Shown here: piece by piece, positions 42,744 to 52,682 of the stretch
How positions within the stretch are numbered: the first letter of the stretch is position 1
Layout of the letters: every line of letters begins with the position of its first letter
Assembly (NCBI GenBank): GCA_035533455.1
Contig: DATLTT010000028.1
Coordinates: forward strand, 17,132 to 81,131
Reading direction: 5' to 3'
Length of the DNA stretch: 64,000 nucleotides
From: Acidimicrobiales bacterium
GTDB lineage: Bacteria > Actinomycetota > Acidimicrobiia > Acidimicrobiales > RAAP-2
Translations under genes and position numbers: made by a program
The notes under the pieces: generated by a model
Database searches by the model: none
Seen by the model: only the letters and a program-made list of their open reading frames with translations
What the model was told of the DNA's origin: nothing

Positions 42744-43379
42744 TCAGCGCGCCGGCGGTCCGAACAGCCGGTCGCCGGCGTCGCCGAGCCCCGGCGTGAT
42801 GTAACCCACGTCGTTCAGCTCGGCGTCGAGGGCCGCCGCCACGATCTTGATCTCGGGGTGTTGCGACAGTACGAAATCGACGCCGGGTCGTGACGCGATG
42901 AGACAGAGCACCGTGATCTCGCCGGCGCCTCGCTCGCGAAGCATCTTCAGTACGCAGTCGAGTGAGCCACCCGTCGCCAGCATCGGATCGCAGAGAACCA
43001 CGTGCACCCCCGCCAGCGACTCGGGGAGGCCGTCGAGGTAGACGTCGGGCATCAGAGTCACTTCGTTTCGGCGCAGTCCGACGAGGCACACTCGGTGCAG
43101 CGGCAGCACTTCTTGCACCGCCGGACTCATGCCGAGACCGGCACGGAGGATCGGCACGATGAGGTACTCCGAGTCGATACGAAGCGCCGGCGCCCCCTTC
43201 GTGACCGGCGTGTCGACGGTCGTCGTCGCGACGGGCGTGTCGCGAAAGGCTTCGTAGGCGACGAAACGAGAGATCTCGCCGGCCAATCGTAAAAAGTCGG
43301 CGTTAGACGTTCGAACGTCTCGAAGTTGACGGACCTTGTCGGCAACCACGGGATGTTCGAGTACGAGTAGTGAATCCAC
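42744..43379 (-). CDS. upp: uracil phosphoribosyltransferase
   Basis: 211 aa. Sequence LIVPILRAGLGM...VVLCDPMLATGGS...YITPGLGDAGDRLFG. Confidence 0.95.
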   Translation of the reverse strand: MDSLLVLEHPVVADKVRQLRDVRTSNADFLRLAGEISRFVAYEAFRDTPVATTTVDTPVTKGAPALRIDSEYLIVPILRAGLGMSPAVQEVLPLHRVCLVGLRRNEVTLMPDVYLDGLPESLAGVHVVLCDPMLATGGSLDCVLKMLRERGAGEITVLCLIASRPGVDFVLSQHPEIKIVAAALDAELNDVGYITPGLGDAGDRLFGPPAR

Positions 43380-43573
43380 GAGGTCACACTACGCCGGAAT
43401 CAAATTCGGCCGCCGACTCGACGAAGGTCGGATGGCGCCGACGTGAATTGCACGAACGCCAGCCAATCAAGCGCCGCCACGCTGACGAGCGCCCACGGCG
43501 AAGGACCGTGAACGGGCGAAAATGGACACGCGAGTGGCTCGGCGTCGTAGACTCCCGAGCCAAGGAGGCCACG

Positions 43574-46500
43574 ATGCAATGTGCGGCGTGCCAGGGAGAA
43601 ACTCCAAGCGACAAGCCGTTCTGCGCCAACTGCGGGGCGCGAGTGGCGCAACGCTGTCCCTCGTGTGGCGCGCCCATCCTAGAGGGAAAGCCCTTTTGCG
43701 CGAGTTGCGGGTCCCTTGTTTCTCCAGTATCTCCCCCCGTCAACGCGATCGATTCAAGCCGAGGTATCGGTTCACCGAGCGTCGACCCCGCCGTGGAGTC
43801 AGTGGCGGAGCGTCGACTGTGCTCCGTGTTGTTCGTCGACCTCGTCGGCTTCACGCCGATGGCCGAATCTCGCGATCCGGAGCACGTTCGAGAGCTCCTC
43901 ACGCAGTACTTCGATCGAGCCCAGCGGATCATCGATCGCTACGGCGGAACGGTCGAGAAGTTCATCGGCGACGCCGTCATGGCGGTGTGGGGCGCACCGG
44001 CCGCCAACGAGGACGACGCGGAGCGTGCGGTTCGTGCCGCCCTCGACCTGGTGGCGTCGGTAGCTGAACTTGGCAGCGACACTGGACTTGACGGTCTCCG
44101 AGCCCGTGGCGGCGTCGTCACCGGCGAGGTGGCCATCACGATAGGCAAGGTGGGCGAAGGAATGGTGCTCGGCGACACCGTTAACTCGGCCTCACGGGTG
44201 CAGAGCGTGGCGGAACCTGGAACCGTCCTCGTGGACGAATCAACGTGGCGCGCGGCGTCGGGCGCGATTGCCTTCGAAGAGGTGGGCGCGCTCGAACTGA
44301 AGGGCAAGTCCGTCACCGTAAAGGCGTGGAAGGCACTTCGAGTGGTCGCTCAACGAAAGGGGCTGGGCCGGACCGAGCGGCTCGAGCCTCCCTTCGTGGG
44401 GCGCGAAGAGGAGATTCGACTCATCAAAGACCTCTTGCACGCCACCGCTCGCGAGCAGCGCGCCCGATTGGTGTCCGTTACGGGCATTCCCGGCATCGGC
44501 AAGAGTCGGCTCTCGTGGGAATTCCTCAAGTACGTCGACGGATTGGCCGACGACGTCTACTGGCACCAGGGCCGCTCGCGCGCGTACGGCGAAGGCGTCA
44601 CCTTCGGCGCCCTCGGTGAGATGATTCGAATGCGCGCGGGAATACTCGAGGCTGAAGACGCGGCCTCGACACTCGAGAAACTGCGCGCCTCGCTCGGCCA
44701 GTTCGTGCCCGACGTCGAAGAACGTCAGTGGCTCGAGCCACGACTCGCCCACCTCCTCGGACTGGGCGACACCTCGTCGGGCGACCGCGAAGAACTCTTC
44801 TCGGCGTGGCGTAAGTTCTTTGAACGCATTGCCGCCGTGGGACTGACGGTGCTCGTCTTCGAAGACCTTCAGTGGGCGGACGCCGGGCTCATCGACTTCA
44901 TCGAGTCGATTCTCGAGTGGTCGAAGAACTTCCCCCTGCTCATCGTCACGCTCTCCAGGCCCGAGTTGATGGAACGGCGCCCCTCGTGGGGCGCGGGACT
45001 TCGCAACTTCACGTCACTGCACCTCGAACCTCTTTCAGAACGCGCCATGCGCGAACTACTCGACGGGTTCGTGCACGGACTCTCCCCGTCCGTCTCCGAC
45101 CAGGTTCTCGCGCGCGCCGAGGGAGTGCCGCTCTACGCCGTGGAGTCGATCCGCATGTTGGTCGACCGCGGTGTCCTTATCCAGACCGATGACGGCTACC
45201 GCGTCGAGGGCGACTTCAGCACGCTGGAGATCCCCGAAACGCTCCACGCGCTCATCGCGTCGCGTCTCGATTCGCTCCCACCTCGGCAACGCGTGCTGCT
45301 TCAAGACGCCGGGGTCGTGGGATCCACGTTCTCGATCGAGAGCCTGCGAGTCGTCAACGGCGCCAGCGCCGAAGAACTCGAGACGGAACTGCGTGACCTC
45401 GTGCGCAAGGAGTACGTCTTCGCCGACAACGATCCGCGCTCCCCCGAGCGCGGGCAGTACGGATTCGTCCAAGGCGTGATTCGCGAGGTCGCCGTCGGAA
45501 CGCTGGCGCGACGAGATCGGCGAGCGAAGCACCTGGCCATCGCGCGCTACGCGGAGTCCCTGCACGACGAGGAGTTGGTGGGCATCGTCGCCGCTCACTA
45601 CCTCGAGGCCTACCGAGCGACCCCGGAAGAATCCGACAACGACCAACTCATCCCTCGCGTGCTCGAATGGCTGGAGCGGGCTGGTCAACGGGCTCTCTCG
45701 CTCGGCTCGCCCGAGCAGGCCGCCGTCTTCTTCGATCAGGCCCTCGAACTCACGCTCGACGATCGGACGCGCGCCACGCTCCTCAAACGCGCGAGCGAAT
45801 CTGCCAGTCGCCTCCAGCAGACCGAGCGGTGCGTTGACTACCTCGAACAGGCGATCGCGATCTACGAATCACTCGATGACGTTAACGCGGCGAGTGAAGC
45901 GATAGCGCTGATCGGCCATCAACTCTCCTTCCTTGGTCGAGCCAGCGAAGGCGTGGAACGGTGCGTTCGGGCCTACGAACTCGTGGGCGAGGGTGATCTC
46001 CTCGTCCGGGCCAGTCTGGCCGACACCATCGCGAGCGTGCTGTGTCACGGCGCCGAGGTGAAACGAGCGCTCGAATGGTGTGAGGTAGCCCTCAGCCTCG
46101 CGGAAGAACTCGACGACAGCGTTCTTCTGGCGAGCGCCATCGGCGCGCGATCGCTAGCGCTGTTCACCCTCGGGCGACACCGAGAAGCGGTCATCTTGGG
46201 TCGCGGTATGGCGACCATTGCGGACGAAGCCGGTGCGCTCTTCGAACAGGCACGCGCCCGAACGGGACTCAGTCTCTATATGTTGCCTGACGATCCTCGC
46301 TCCATGCTCGTGACGGCGGGCGAAGCGGTAGAACTCGCGCGACGTGGGGGCCGGCGCGGCATGGAGATTACGAATCTGTTGAACATCGCGGAGACGTCGT
46401 TCTACCTAGGTCTTTGGCACGAGACGCGCACCGCCTTCGAGGAACTCAAGCAACGTGACCTAGTGCCGTGGCATAGGGAGTGGCTGTTTGGCCTCGAGGC

Positions 46501-47101
46501 CATGCTCGTAGCGATGAGCGGCGACGCTGAGCACGCTCGAGAACTGCTCGCGCTCGGTCTGCAAGAAATCGAAGTGTCGGGGGGCGACGGCAATACCCAG
46601 CTGGCTTCGGAGACAACTCGACTCGTTTCGATGGCCTTCACGTCGCTCGCCTCAGATGACTTGCCCAGCGCGTATCGCGACGCTCGACACGCCGTCGATC
46701 TCGATCCCATGGGCATTAACAGCAACTCGGCCCTGGGCATCGCCGCGCGCGCGGCACTCTGGCTCGGCCTGAGCGAGGAGTTACGCGAGTTGCTCGTGCC
46801 CATGCAACGGCTACGCGGGCGCGCGTCCGCCGCGCAGCGGCGCACCGCTGAAGCGGGCCTCGCCGCGTTGGAGGGCCGCGTCGACGAAGCGGCGGAGATC
46901 TACGTCGACGCGATCGAACAGTGGCGAATCGTCGACAGCGTTCTCGACCTGGCCCTGAGCGAACTCGATCTCGTACTCGTGCTCGGCGCTAACCATCCGA
47001 GCGCGTCGGTCGCCAAGGAAGCGCGCGACATCTTCGTGCAGATCGGGGCGGCGACGATGCTCGACCGACTCAACCAGGTGACCGACGCCGCCACCGATTG
47101 A
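43574..47101 (+). CDS. double zinc-ribbon / class III adenylate cyclase / STAND P-loop ATPase / TPR multidomain signalling protein
   Basis: Sequence MQCAACQGETPSDKPFCANCGARVAQRCPSCGAPILEGKPFCASCG, two zinc ribbons. Cyclase core LCSVLFVDLVGFT...GTVEKFIGDAVMAVWG...LGDTVNSASRVQS. Walker A VTGIPGIGKS at about nt 44480. A roughly 600-aa helical-repeat tail. ATG at 43574 with AAGGAGG 5 nt upstream. Confidence 0.85.
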   Translation: MQCAACQGETPSDKPFCANCGARVAQRCPSCGAPILEGKPFCASCGSLVSPVSPPVNAIDSSRGIGSPSVDPAVESVAERRLCSVLFVDLVGFTPMAESRDPEHVRELLTQYFDRAQRIIDRYGGTVEKFIGDAVMAVWGAPAANEDDAERAVRAALDLVASVAELGSDTGLDGLRARGGVVTGEVAITIGKVGEGMVLGDTVNSASRVQSVAEPGTVLVDESTWRAASGAIAFEEVGALELKGKSVTVKAWKALRVVAQRKGLGRTERLEPPFVGREEEIRLIKDLLHATAREQRARLVSVTGIPGIGKSRLSWEFLKYVDGLADDVYWHQGRSRAYGEGVTFGALGEMIRMRAGILEAEDAASTLEKLRASLGQFVPDVEERQWLEPRLAHLLGLGDTSSGDREELFSAWRKFFERIAAVGLTVLVFEDLQWADAGLIDFIESILEWSKNFPLLIVTLSRPELMERRPSWGAGLRNFTSLHLEPLSERAMRELLDGFVHGLSPSVSDQVLARAEGVPLYAVESIRMLVDRGVLIQTDDGYRVEGDFSTLEIPETLHALIASRLDSLPPRQRVLLQDAGVVGSTFSIESLRVVNGASAEELETELRDLVRKEYVFADNDPRSPERGQYGFVQGVIREVAVGTLARRDRRAKHLAIARYAESLHDEELVGIVAAHYLEAYRATPEESDNDQLIPRVLEWLERAGQRALSLGSPEQAAVFFDQALELTLDDRTRATLLKRASESASRLQQTERCVDYLEQAIAIYESLDDVNAASEAIALIGHQLSFLGRASEGVERCVRAYELVGEGDLLVRASLADTIASVLCHGAEVKRALEWCEVALSLAEELDDSVLLASAIGARSLALFTLGRHREAVILGRGMATIADEAGALFEQARARTGLSLYMLPDDPRSMLVTAGEAVELARRGGRRGMEITNLLNIAETSFYLGLWHETRTAFEELKQRDLVPWHREWLFGLEAMLVAMSGDAEHARELLALGLQEIEVSGGDGNTQLASETTRLVSMAFTSLASDDLPSAYRDARHAVDLDPMGINSNSALGIAARAALWLGLSEELRELLVPMQRLRGRASAAQRRTAEAGLAALEGRVDEAAEIYVDAIEQWRIVDSVLDLALSELDLVLVLGANHPSASVAKEARDIFVQIGAATMLDRLNQVTDAATD

Positions 47102-47203
47102 GTAGAACGCCGAGGCGCTCCACCGTTAGTCTTTAGAAGTAATGCTCGTAGGTACGTCGGCCACGGTGGCGATCTGAGTGCCACGACAAAGAAGGTGCGA
47201 ACA

Positions 47204-47629
47204 ATGTTCAACACAGTCCTTGTGGGAGCCGACGATTCACCGACCGCGCGCCGCGCGGTCGAGACCGCGGCGGAGATCGCTCGGATGTCGGAGGGCCAAC
47301 TTCACATAGTGTCCGCGTTCGGCGCCAAATCCTACGGCACCGCCTCCTCGGAAACCTCGTTCAAGCCCGTGGCCATTGAAGGCGACGTCGACGATCTTCT
47401 CCAAGTGCTTTCATTCATCGCGACAAAACACGGCCTCAAGCCGGTACTCCACGCCGTCAAGGGCGACGCGGCCGACGTCTTGATCAGCAAGGCCGACGAG
47501 ATTTCGGCGGACCTCGTGGTCGTGGGAAACCGTGGAATGAAGGGCGTCCGTCGGGTCCTGGGTAGCGTGCCCAACACCGTCGTGCACGGCGCCAACTGCT
47601 CCGTACTCATCGTCGACACCACCGAGTAA
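47204..47629 (+). CDS. universal stress protein (UspA family)
   Basis: Sequence VLVGADDSPTARRAVETAAEIA...VVVGNRGMKGVRRVLGSVPNTVVHGANCSVLIV. Confidence 0.9.
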   Translation: MFNTVLVGADDSPTARRAVETAAEIARMSEGQLHIVSAFGAKSYGTASSETSFKPVAIEGDVDDLLQVLSFIATKHGLKPVLHAVKGDAADVLISKADEISADLVVVGNRGMKGVRRVLGSVPNTVVHGANCSVLIVDTTE

Positions 47630-47702
47630 GACGCCGCTCGGCGCGTTCCGTCGGGCACGACGTCGCGGCCGAACGTGACACGTGAGTCGGTAGAATTGTT
47701 TG

Positions 47703-49544
47703 ATGTCTTCTTCCCTTTCGAAGCGCCCCGCGCGCGTTCGAGAGAGTGATTCCAACCCCCTCGGCGGCGTGACCTCGAAGTACCCGGGCCCGCGGGCACA
47801 GATTTCCCGCGATCAGAGACTGCCGTGGTGGCGACGCGTCCTCCCGGTCATCGCCTCGCACCGCGTCGCGTTCATCGTCGCGATCGGCCTCTCCTTCGTC
47901 AGCCTCATCTTCCAGGTGCTGGTGCCGTACATGTTGAGCACCGACATCGACAACACGCTGGAAAGACACCTTAATTCACTGCACGGCGACGTCATCGCCA
48001 TCATCGTCGTCGGACTCCTCGCCGGCGTGACCGGCATCGTCTCGCGCCAGTACGTGTACGCGACGGCTTACAACGTCGAAGCCGACTTGCGCTCGCTGAT
48101 CTACGAGCACCTCACGTGGCTCTCGTTCAGTTTCTACGATCGTGTCCAGTCCGGACAGCTCATCAGTCGCGCCAACAGCGACATCCGCAGCGTGCAGATG
48201 TACTCCACGTTCGCGCCCCTCATCGTCGTGCAGTGCTTCATTGGCATCATCGCCTTTGGCTTCATGCTCGTCATCAACTGGAAACTGGCCCTGCTCGCGA
48301 TGGTCGTGATGCCGATCTTGTACGTCGTGGGCATCAAGATGCGAAAAGTCATGTTCCCGATCTCGTGGATCACGCAGGCACGCTTGGCCGAGGTCGCCAC
48401 GGTCGTGGACGAGAACGTGAACGGTGTTCGCGTCGTGAAGTCCTTCGCCCAGGAGGAAGCGGAGATAAACCGCCTCGCCGACGCCGCTGAACGAGTCGCG
48501 TGGGCCTACATCAAGGACGCCAACATCCGGGCGATTTGGTCCCCCTGGGTCCAGAACCTGCCCCAACTCGGACTCGCCCTCGTCCTGTTCTTTGGTGGCT
48601 GGATGGTTCTACAGGGGTCCTTTCAGATCGGACAGATTCTCGGTTTCAACGCGTACCTCTTGATGCTGCAGGCACCCTTCATGATGCTCGGCCAACTCGT
48701 CATGATGGGCCAGCGCGCCAAAGCCAGCGCCGAGCGGATCTTCGAGATTTTGGACGAGAACCCCGAGATCGTTGATCGCCCGGGTGCGTACGACCTGGAT
48801 AGGGTCCACGGCGCCGTCGACTTCAGTCACGTGAAGTTCACCTACGGCAACGGCGTCGAGATACTGACGGACTTTGACGCGCACATCGAACCCGGTGAGA
48901 CGGTCGCCATCGTCGGTCGTACGGGTTCTGGAAAGTCCACCGTCGCTCGACTCATGACTCGCTTCTACGACGTCAGCGACGGCGAGATCTCGATTGACGG
49001 CCACGACCTTCGTGACCTGACGCTGAACTCCTTGCGTGAGAACGTGGGCGTGGTCCTCGACGAGCCCTTCCTCTTTTCGATCTCCATTCGCGAGAACATC
49101 GCCTACGGCCGTCCCGGGGCCACGTTGGAGGAGGTGCAAGCGGCGGCTCTTGCGGCCAACGCCGACGAGTTCATCGTCCGCCTTCCCGAGGGGTACGACA
49201 CGGTCGTCGGCGAGCGTGGCTACACCCTGTCCGGGGGCCAGCGTCAACGAATCGCCATAGCCCGAACCCTGCTCCTTAATCCCCCGATCCTGATTCTCGA
49301 CGACGCGACGAGCGCCATCGACGTCCACGTGGAGTCGGGAATCTACGAAGCCCTGCAGGGTCTGCTCACCCAGCGCACCACCATCGTCATCGCGCACCGC
49401 ATCTCAACGATCGCTCTCGCGAGTCGCGTGCTCTTGCTGGACGAAGGACGGGTCGTCGCCAGTGGCACCCACGACCAACTCATCGCTCACGTGCCGCTCT
49501 ACTCAGAGATCCTCGCGCAGGCTTCCGACGGAGAGAAGCTCTGA
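47703..49544 (+). CDS. ABC exporter, fused permease/ATPase, half-transporter 1
   Basis: Six-TM domain followed by GRTGSGKST, LSGGQRQRIAIAR and ILILDDATSAID. Confidence 0.9.
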   Translation: MSSSLSKRPARVRESDSNPLGGVTSKYPGPRAQISRDQRLPWWRRVLPVIASHRVAFIVAIGLSFVSLIFQVLVPYMLSTDIDNTLERHLNSLHGDVIAIIVVGLLAGVTGIVSRQYVYATAYNVEADLRSLIYEHLTWLSFSFYDRVQSGQLISRANSDIRSVQMYSTFAPLIVVQCFIGIIAFGFMLVINWKLALLAMVVMPILYVVGIKMRKVMFPISWITQARLAEVATVVDENVNGVRVVKSFAQEEAEINRLADAAERVAWAYIKDANIRAIWSPWVQNLPQLGLALVLFFGGWMVLQGSFQIGQILGFNAYLLMLQAPFMMLGQLVMMGQRAKASAERIFEILDENPEIVDRPGAYDLDRVHGAVDFSHVKFTYGNGVEILTDFDAHIEPGETVAIVGRTGSGKSTVARLMTRFYDVSDGEISIDGHDLRDLTLNSLRENVGVVLDEPFLFSISIRENIAYGRPGATLEEVQAAALAANADEFIVRLPEGYDTVVGERGYTLSGGQRQRIAIARTLLLNPPILILDDATSAIDVHVESGIYEALQGLLTQRTTIVIAHRISTIALASRVLLLDEGRVVASGTHDQLIAHVPLYSEILAQASDGEKL

Positions 49545-51496
49545 TGGGCTGGGGCGGCGGCTTCGGCGGCGGTGGGGGGATGTTCGGCGGCAGTGCGTCC
49601 GCCGCGAGTGGTCGCGCCGGTCTGCCCTTCGGGGGAATACCTTCGGAGTTGATGGACGAGGCGACGAAACTCCTCGCGAGTGAGCCCGAGCACCCGAAGT
49701 CGAACGTCCACTTCACCCAGCGACCCAGTGAGAAGGAGCGTGAACGCCTCACGCTGCCCAACCTCATCAAGGTCTATCCCAAGTGGGTGGTCTCTGGTTC
49801 ACTTCTCGTCATCATCATCAGCTTGACCCTCCAGGCTGGCCCCCTCCTGACCGAGTTCGCCATTCGCGACGGCATGGAGCCGGGCCACCGCGATCTCAAG
49901 GTCATCGCCGCGTGCGCCGTCCTCTACTTGGTGTTGGCGCTCGTCAGCGTCTACTTCCAGCGCGTGCAAGTCGACGTGACGGGAAAGCTCTCGTCGCGCG
50001 TCATGCACGACCTACGCATTCGAGTCTTCACCCACTTCCAGCGACTCAGTCTCGACTTCTTCACGGACGAGAAGGCGGGCGTCTTGATGAGCCGCATGAC
50101 CAGTGACGTCGAGAACTTGCAACAGCTCGTCCAAGACGGCATCAGTCAGTTCGCCCTACAGGGCCTCACCATGATCGTCATCACGGCCATCCTCTTCAAG
50201 ACCAACGTCGTGTTGGCCGCGTGGACGGTGCTCCTTATCGTGCCCCTGCTCTTCGTGTTCACCGTGTGGTTCCATCACGCCTCGGAGAGGGGCTATCTTC
50301 TCAGTCGCGACCGTATCGCGCTGGTGTTGGCCGATCTCTCGGAGTCGCTCTACGGCATTCGCGTCGTGACGGCCAACAACCGTCAAAAGCGCAATATCCG
50401 CAACCATCGTCATGTCGTTGGCGCGTACCGCGACGCCAACGTCTACACCGGACGGGTCAACGCGATCTACGGGCCGTCGACGCTCATGATCGGCATCCTC
50501 GGTCAAGCGCTGCTGCTCGGGATTGGTGGGCGAATGGTGTTGGACCACCAGCTAAACGTCGCGTACCTCATCGCCTTCTTCTTGTACTTGAATCGATTCT
50601 TCGCGCCCATCCAGTTGCTCGTCCAGCAGTACAACAGCCTGCAACAGGGTCGTTCGTCCATCATCCGCCTTCGCGAGCTCTTAGAGACTGCTCCCACCGT
50701 CGATGAGATTCCGAACGCCGTGACGTTGCCCGCCATCGAGGGACGCCTCACGTTCGAGAACGTGAGCTTTGGCTACACCCCCGACACGCTCGTCCTGCAC
50801 GACGTCAACCTGGTCATCGAACCCGGCGAGTCGGTGGCCTTCGTGGGGCCGACGGGCGCCGGCAAGTCCACCATGGCCAAACTCGCCAATCGCTTCTACG
50901 ACCCCACCTCGGGTCGCGTGCTGGTCGACGGCGTCGACGTGCGCACCGTGACGTTGCGCTCGCTTCGCTCACAGCTGGGCGTCGTGCCCCAAGAGCCCTT
51001 CCTCTTCGCGGGCTCGATCCGCACCAACCTACGTTTCGGTGACCTCGACGCGACCGACGAGGACATCGAAACGGCCGTCGACGTCGTGGGACTGCGCGAG
51101 CTCGTCGAGCGGCTCCCCGATGGACTCGACACGCCCGTGCACGAACGCGGCCAGACCCTCTCGGCCGGCGAACGACAACAACTCGCCTTGGCGCGCGCCT
51201 TCCTGGCCCGACCGCGGGTGTTGATTTTGGACGAGGCGACCTCGTCGCTCGACCTGCGCAGCGAGACCGTCATCGAGCGGGCGCTCGACCGCCTCCTCGA
51301 AGGACGATCGGCCATCCTCATCGCGCACCGCCTCACGACGGCCCAACGCGCCGACCGCATCGTCGTGATCGACGACGGCGGCATCGTAGAGATGGGCACG
51401 CCCCGAGAACTCCTGACGGCCGGCGGCGCGTACGCCACCATGTACGACGCGTGGCTCGCCTCGGGCGGACGCGACGCGACGCGCGCGGGCGCCTAG
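49544..51496 (+). CDS. ABC exporter, fused permease/ATPase, half-transporter 2 (Gly-rich N-terminus)
   Basis: N-terminus MGWGGGFGGGGGMFGGSASAASGRAG, then a TM domain, GPTGAGKST, LSAGERQQLALAR and LILDEATSSLD. Its ATG overlaps the upstream TGA. Confidence 0.9.
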   Translation: MGWGGGFGGGGGMFGGSASAASGRAGLPFGGIPSELMDEATKLLASEPEHPKSNVHFTQRPSEKERERLTLPNLIKVYPKWVVSGSLLVIIISLTLQAGPLLTEFAIRDGMEPGHRDLKVIAACAVLYLVLALVSVYFQRVQVDVTGKLSSRVMHDLRIRVFTHFQRLSLDFFTDEKAGVLMSRMTSDVENLQQLVQDGISQFALQGLTMIVITAILFKTNVVLAAWTVLLIVPLLFVFTVWFHHASERGYLLSRDRIALVLADLSESLYGIRVVTANNRQKRNIRNHRHVVGAYRDANVYTGRVNAIYGPSTLMIGILGQALLLGIGGRMVLDHQLNVAYLIAFFLYLNRFFAPIQLLVQQYNSLQQGRSSIIRLRELLETAPTVDEIPNAVTLPAIEGRLTFENVSFGYTPDTLVLHDVNLVIEPGESVAFVGPTGAGKSTMAKLANRFYDPTSGRVLVDGVDVRTVTLRSLRSQLGVVPQEPFLFAGSIRTNLRFGDLDATDEDIETAVDVVGLRELVERLPDGLDTPVHERGQTLSAGERQQLALARAFLARPRVLILDEATSSLDLRSETVIERALDRLLEGRSAILIAHRLTTAQRADRIVVIDDGGIVEMGTPRELLTAGGAYATMYDAWLASGGRDATRAGA

Positions 51497-52539
51497 ACCA
51501 TCCCCTTCACGGTTTCGATGAGTGTCGCGGTACTTTGGCCGGGCATGGGTACGGGTTGGACCTGGAGATGCGTGACGCCGGCCGCTCGAAAGGCCTCGAC
51601 GCGCTCTTGCACGTAGCCTCTTGGTCCGCAGAGGGTCGTCAGTTCCAGGAACTCACTGGGGACCGCCGCCTCGGCCTCGCGCTTCTTGCCCTCGAGGTAG
51701 AGGTCTTGGATCACTTCGGCTTCCTTCTCGAAGCCGTAGCGAACGGCCAGTTCGTTGTAGAAGTTCTTGCCCTTGGCGCCCATACCCCCCACGTAGAGCG
51801 CGACCATCGGTCGTTGCAACTCTCGCAACGCGGTGACGTCGTCACCCTCACCAATGGCGAGAAGCCCACCCGCGTTGATCATCAAATCACCCAGGCCCGC
51901 GTCGCGCCTCGCTTGACCCGCGCGCAACGCTGCTCCCCACACGTCGGCGGCCCGCTCGGGTATGAAGAGGATCGGCAACCACCCGTTCGCGATCTCGGCC
52001 GTCAAGGTGACGTTCTTCTCGCCCAGCGACGCGATCCACACCGGGATCTCGCTTCGAACGGGGTGGGCGATGATCTTGAGGGGCTTGCCGAGACCGGTCC
52101 CCTCCTCGGGCGGCAACGGCAAGGTGAAGTTCTTTCCCCGGTGCACGAGGGGCGCTTCGCGCTTCCAGACGTCGCGACAGATCTCGACGATCTCGCGCGT
52201 TCTTCCGAGCGGGTTGGCGTAGGGAACGCCGTGAAAGCCCTCGATCACTTGGGGGCCCGAAGCGCCGAGGCCCAAGTGAAACCGACCGTCGGAGAGCGCG
52301 TCGATACCGGCCGCGGTCATGGCGAGCAACGTCGGGGTGCGCGTGTAGATCGGCAGTATCGCCGCGCCGATGTCCACTTTTTCGGTGAGGGCCGCCAGGT
52401 AGCCCATGAGCGACGGACTGTCGAAGCCGTAGGCCTCGGCGACCCACACGAGGTCGAGCCCCGCCTCTTCCATCTCCGCCACGTCGCGGGCGGCCTGTTT
52501 GAAGCCCCCGGCGTAGCCCATCATCGTCGAGATCTTCAT
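51493..52539 (-). CDS. LLM-class (luciferase-like) F420-dependent oxidoreductase
   Basis: 348 aa. Sequence DLVWVAEAYGFDSPSLMGYLAALTEKVDIGAAILPIYTRTPTLLAMTAAGIDALSDGRFHLGLGASGPQV. Confidence 0.8.
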   Translation of the reverse strand: MKISTMMGYAGGFKQAARDVAEMEEAGLDLVWVAEAYGFDSPSLMGYLAALTEKVDIGAAILPIYTRTPTLLAMTAAGIDALSDGRFHLGLGASGPQVIEGFHGVPYANPLGRTREIVEICRDVWKREAPLVHRGKNFTLPLPPEEGTGLGKPLKIIAHPVRSEIPVWIASLGEKNVTLTAEIANGWLPILFIPERAADVWGAALRAGQARRDAGLGDLMINAGGLLAIGEGDDVTALRELQRPMVALYVGGMGAKGKNFYNELAVRYGFEKEAEVIQDLYLEGKKREAEAAVPSEFLELTTLCGPRGYVQERVEAFRAAGVTHLQVQPVPMPGQSTATLIETVKGMV

Positions 52540-52682
52540 GGTTGGCCTTTCACGCGCTGAGTGTCACAGTATCTGACCTCGTGGCGGGGGAAAGATGCCC
52601 CGTGGCCCCACCCCCGGGTCCCGCGCACGTAACCTGGACAGTGAAAGCAACGGCGCTTTCCCATCGCAAAGGCTGGTGGACC

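Noticed and set aside
43370-43573. 68-residue N-terminal extension of the cyclase-STAND ORF, which would overlap the upp start.
   Set aside because: The extension is Arg-rich with poor codon bias. A strong AAGGAGG sits 5 nt before the ATG at 43574, which starts exactly at the first zinc ribbon.
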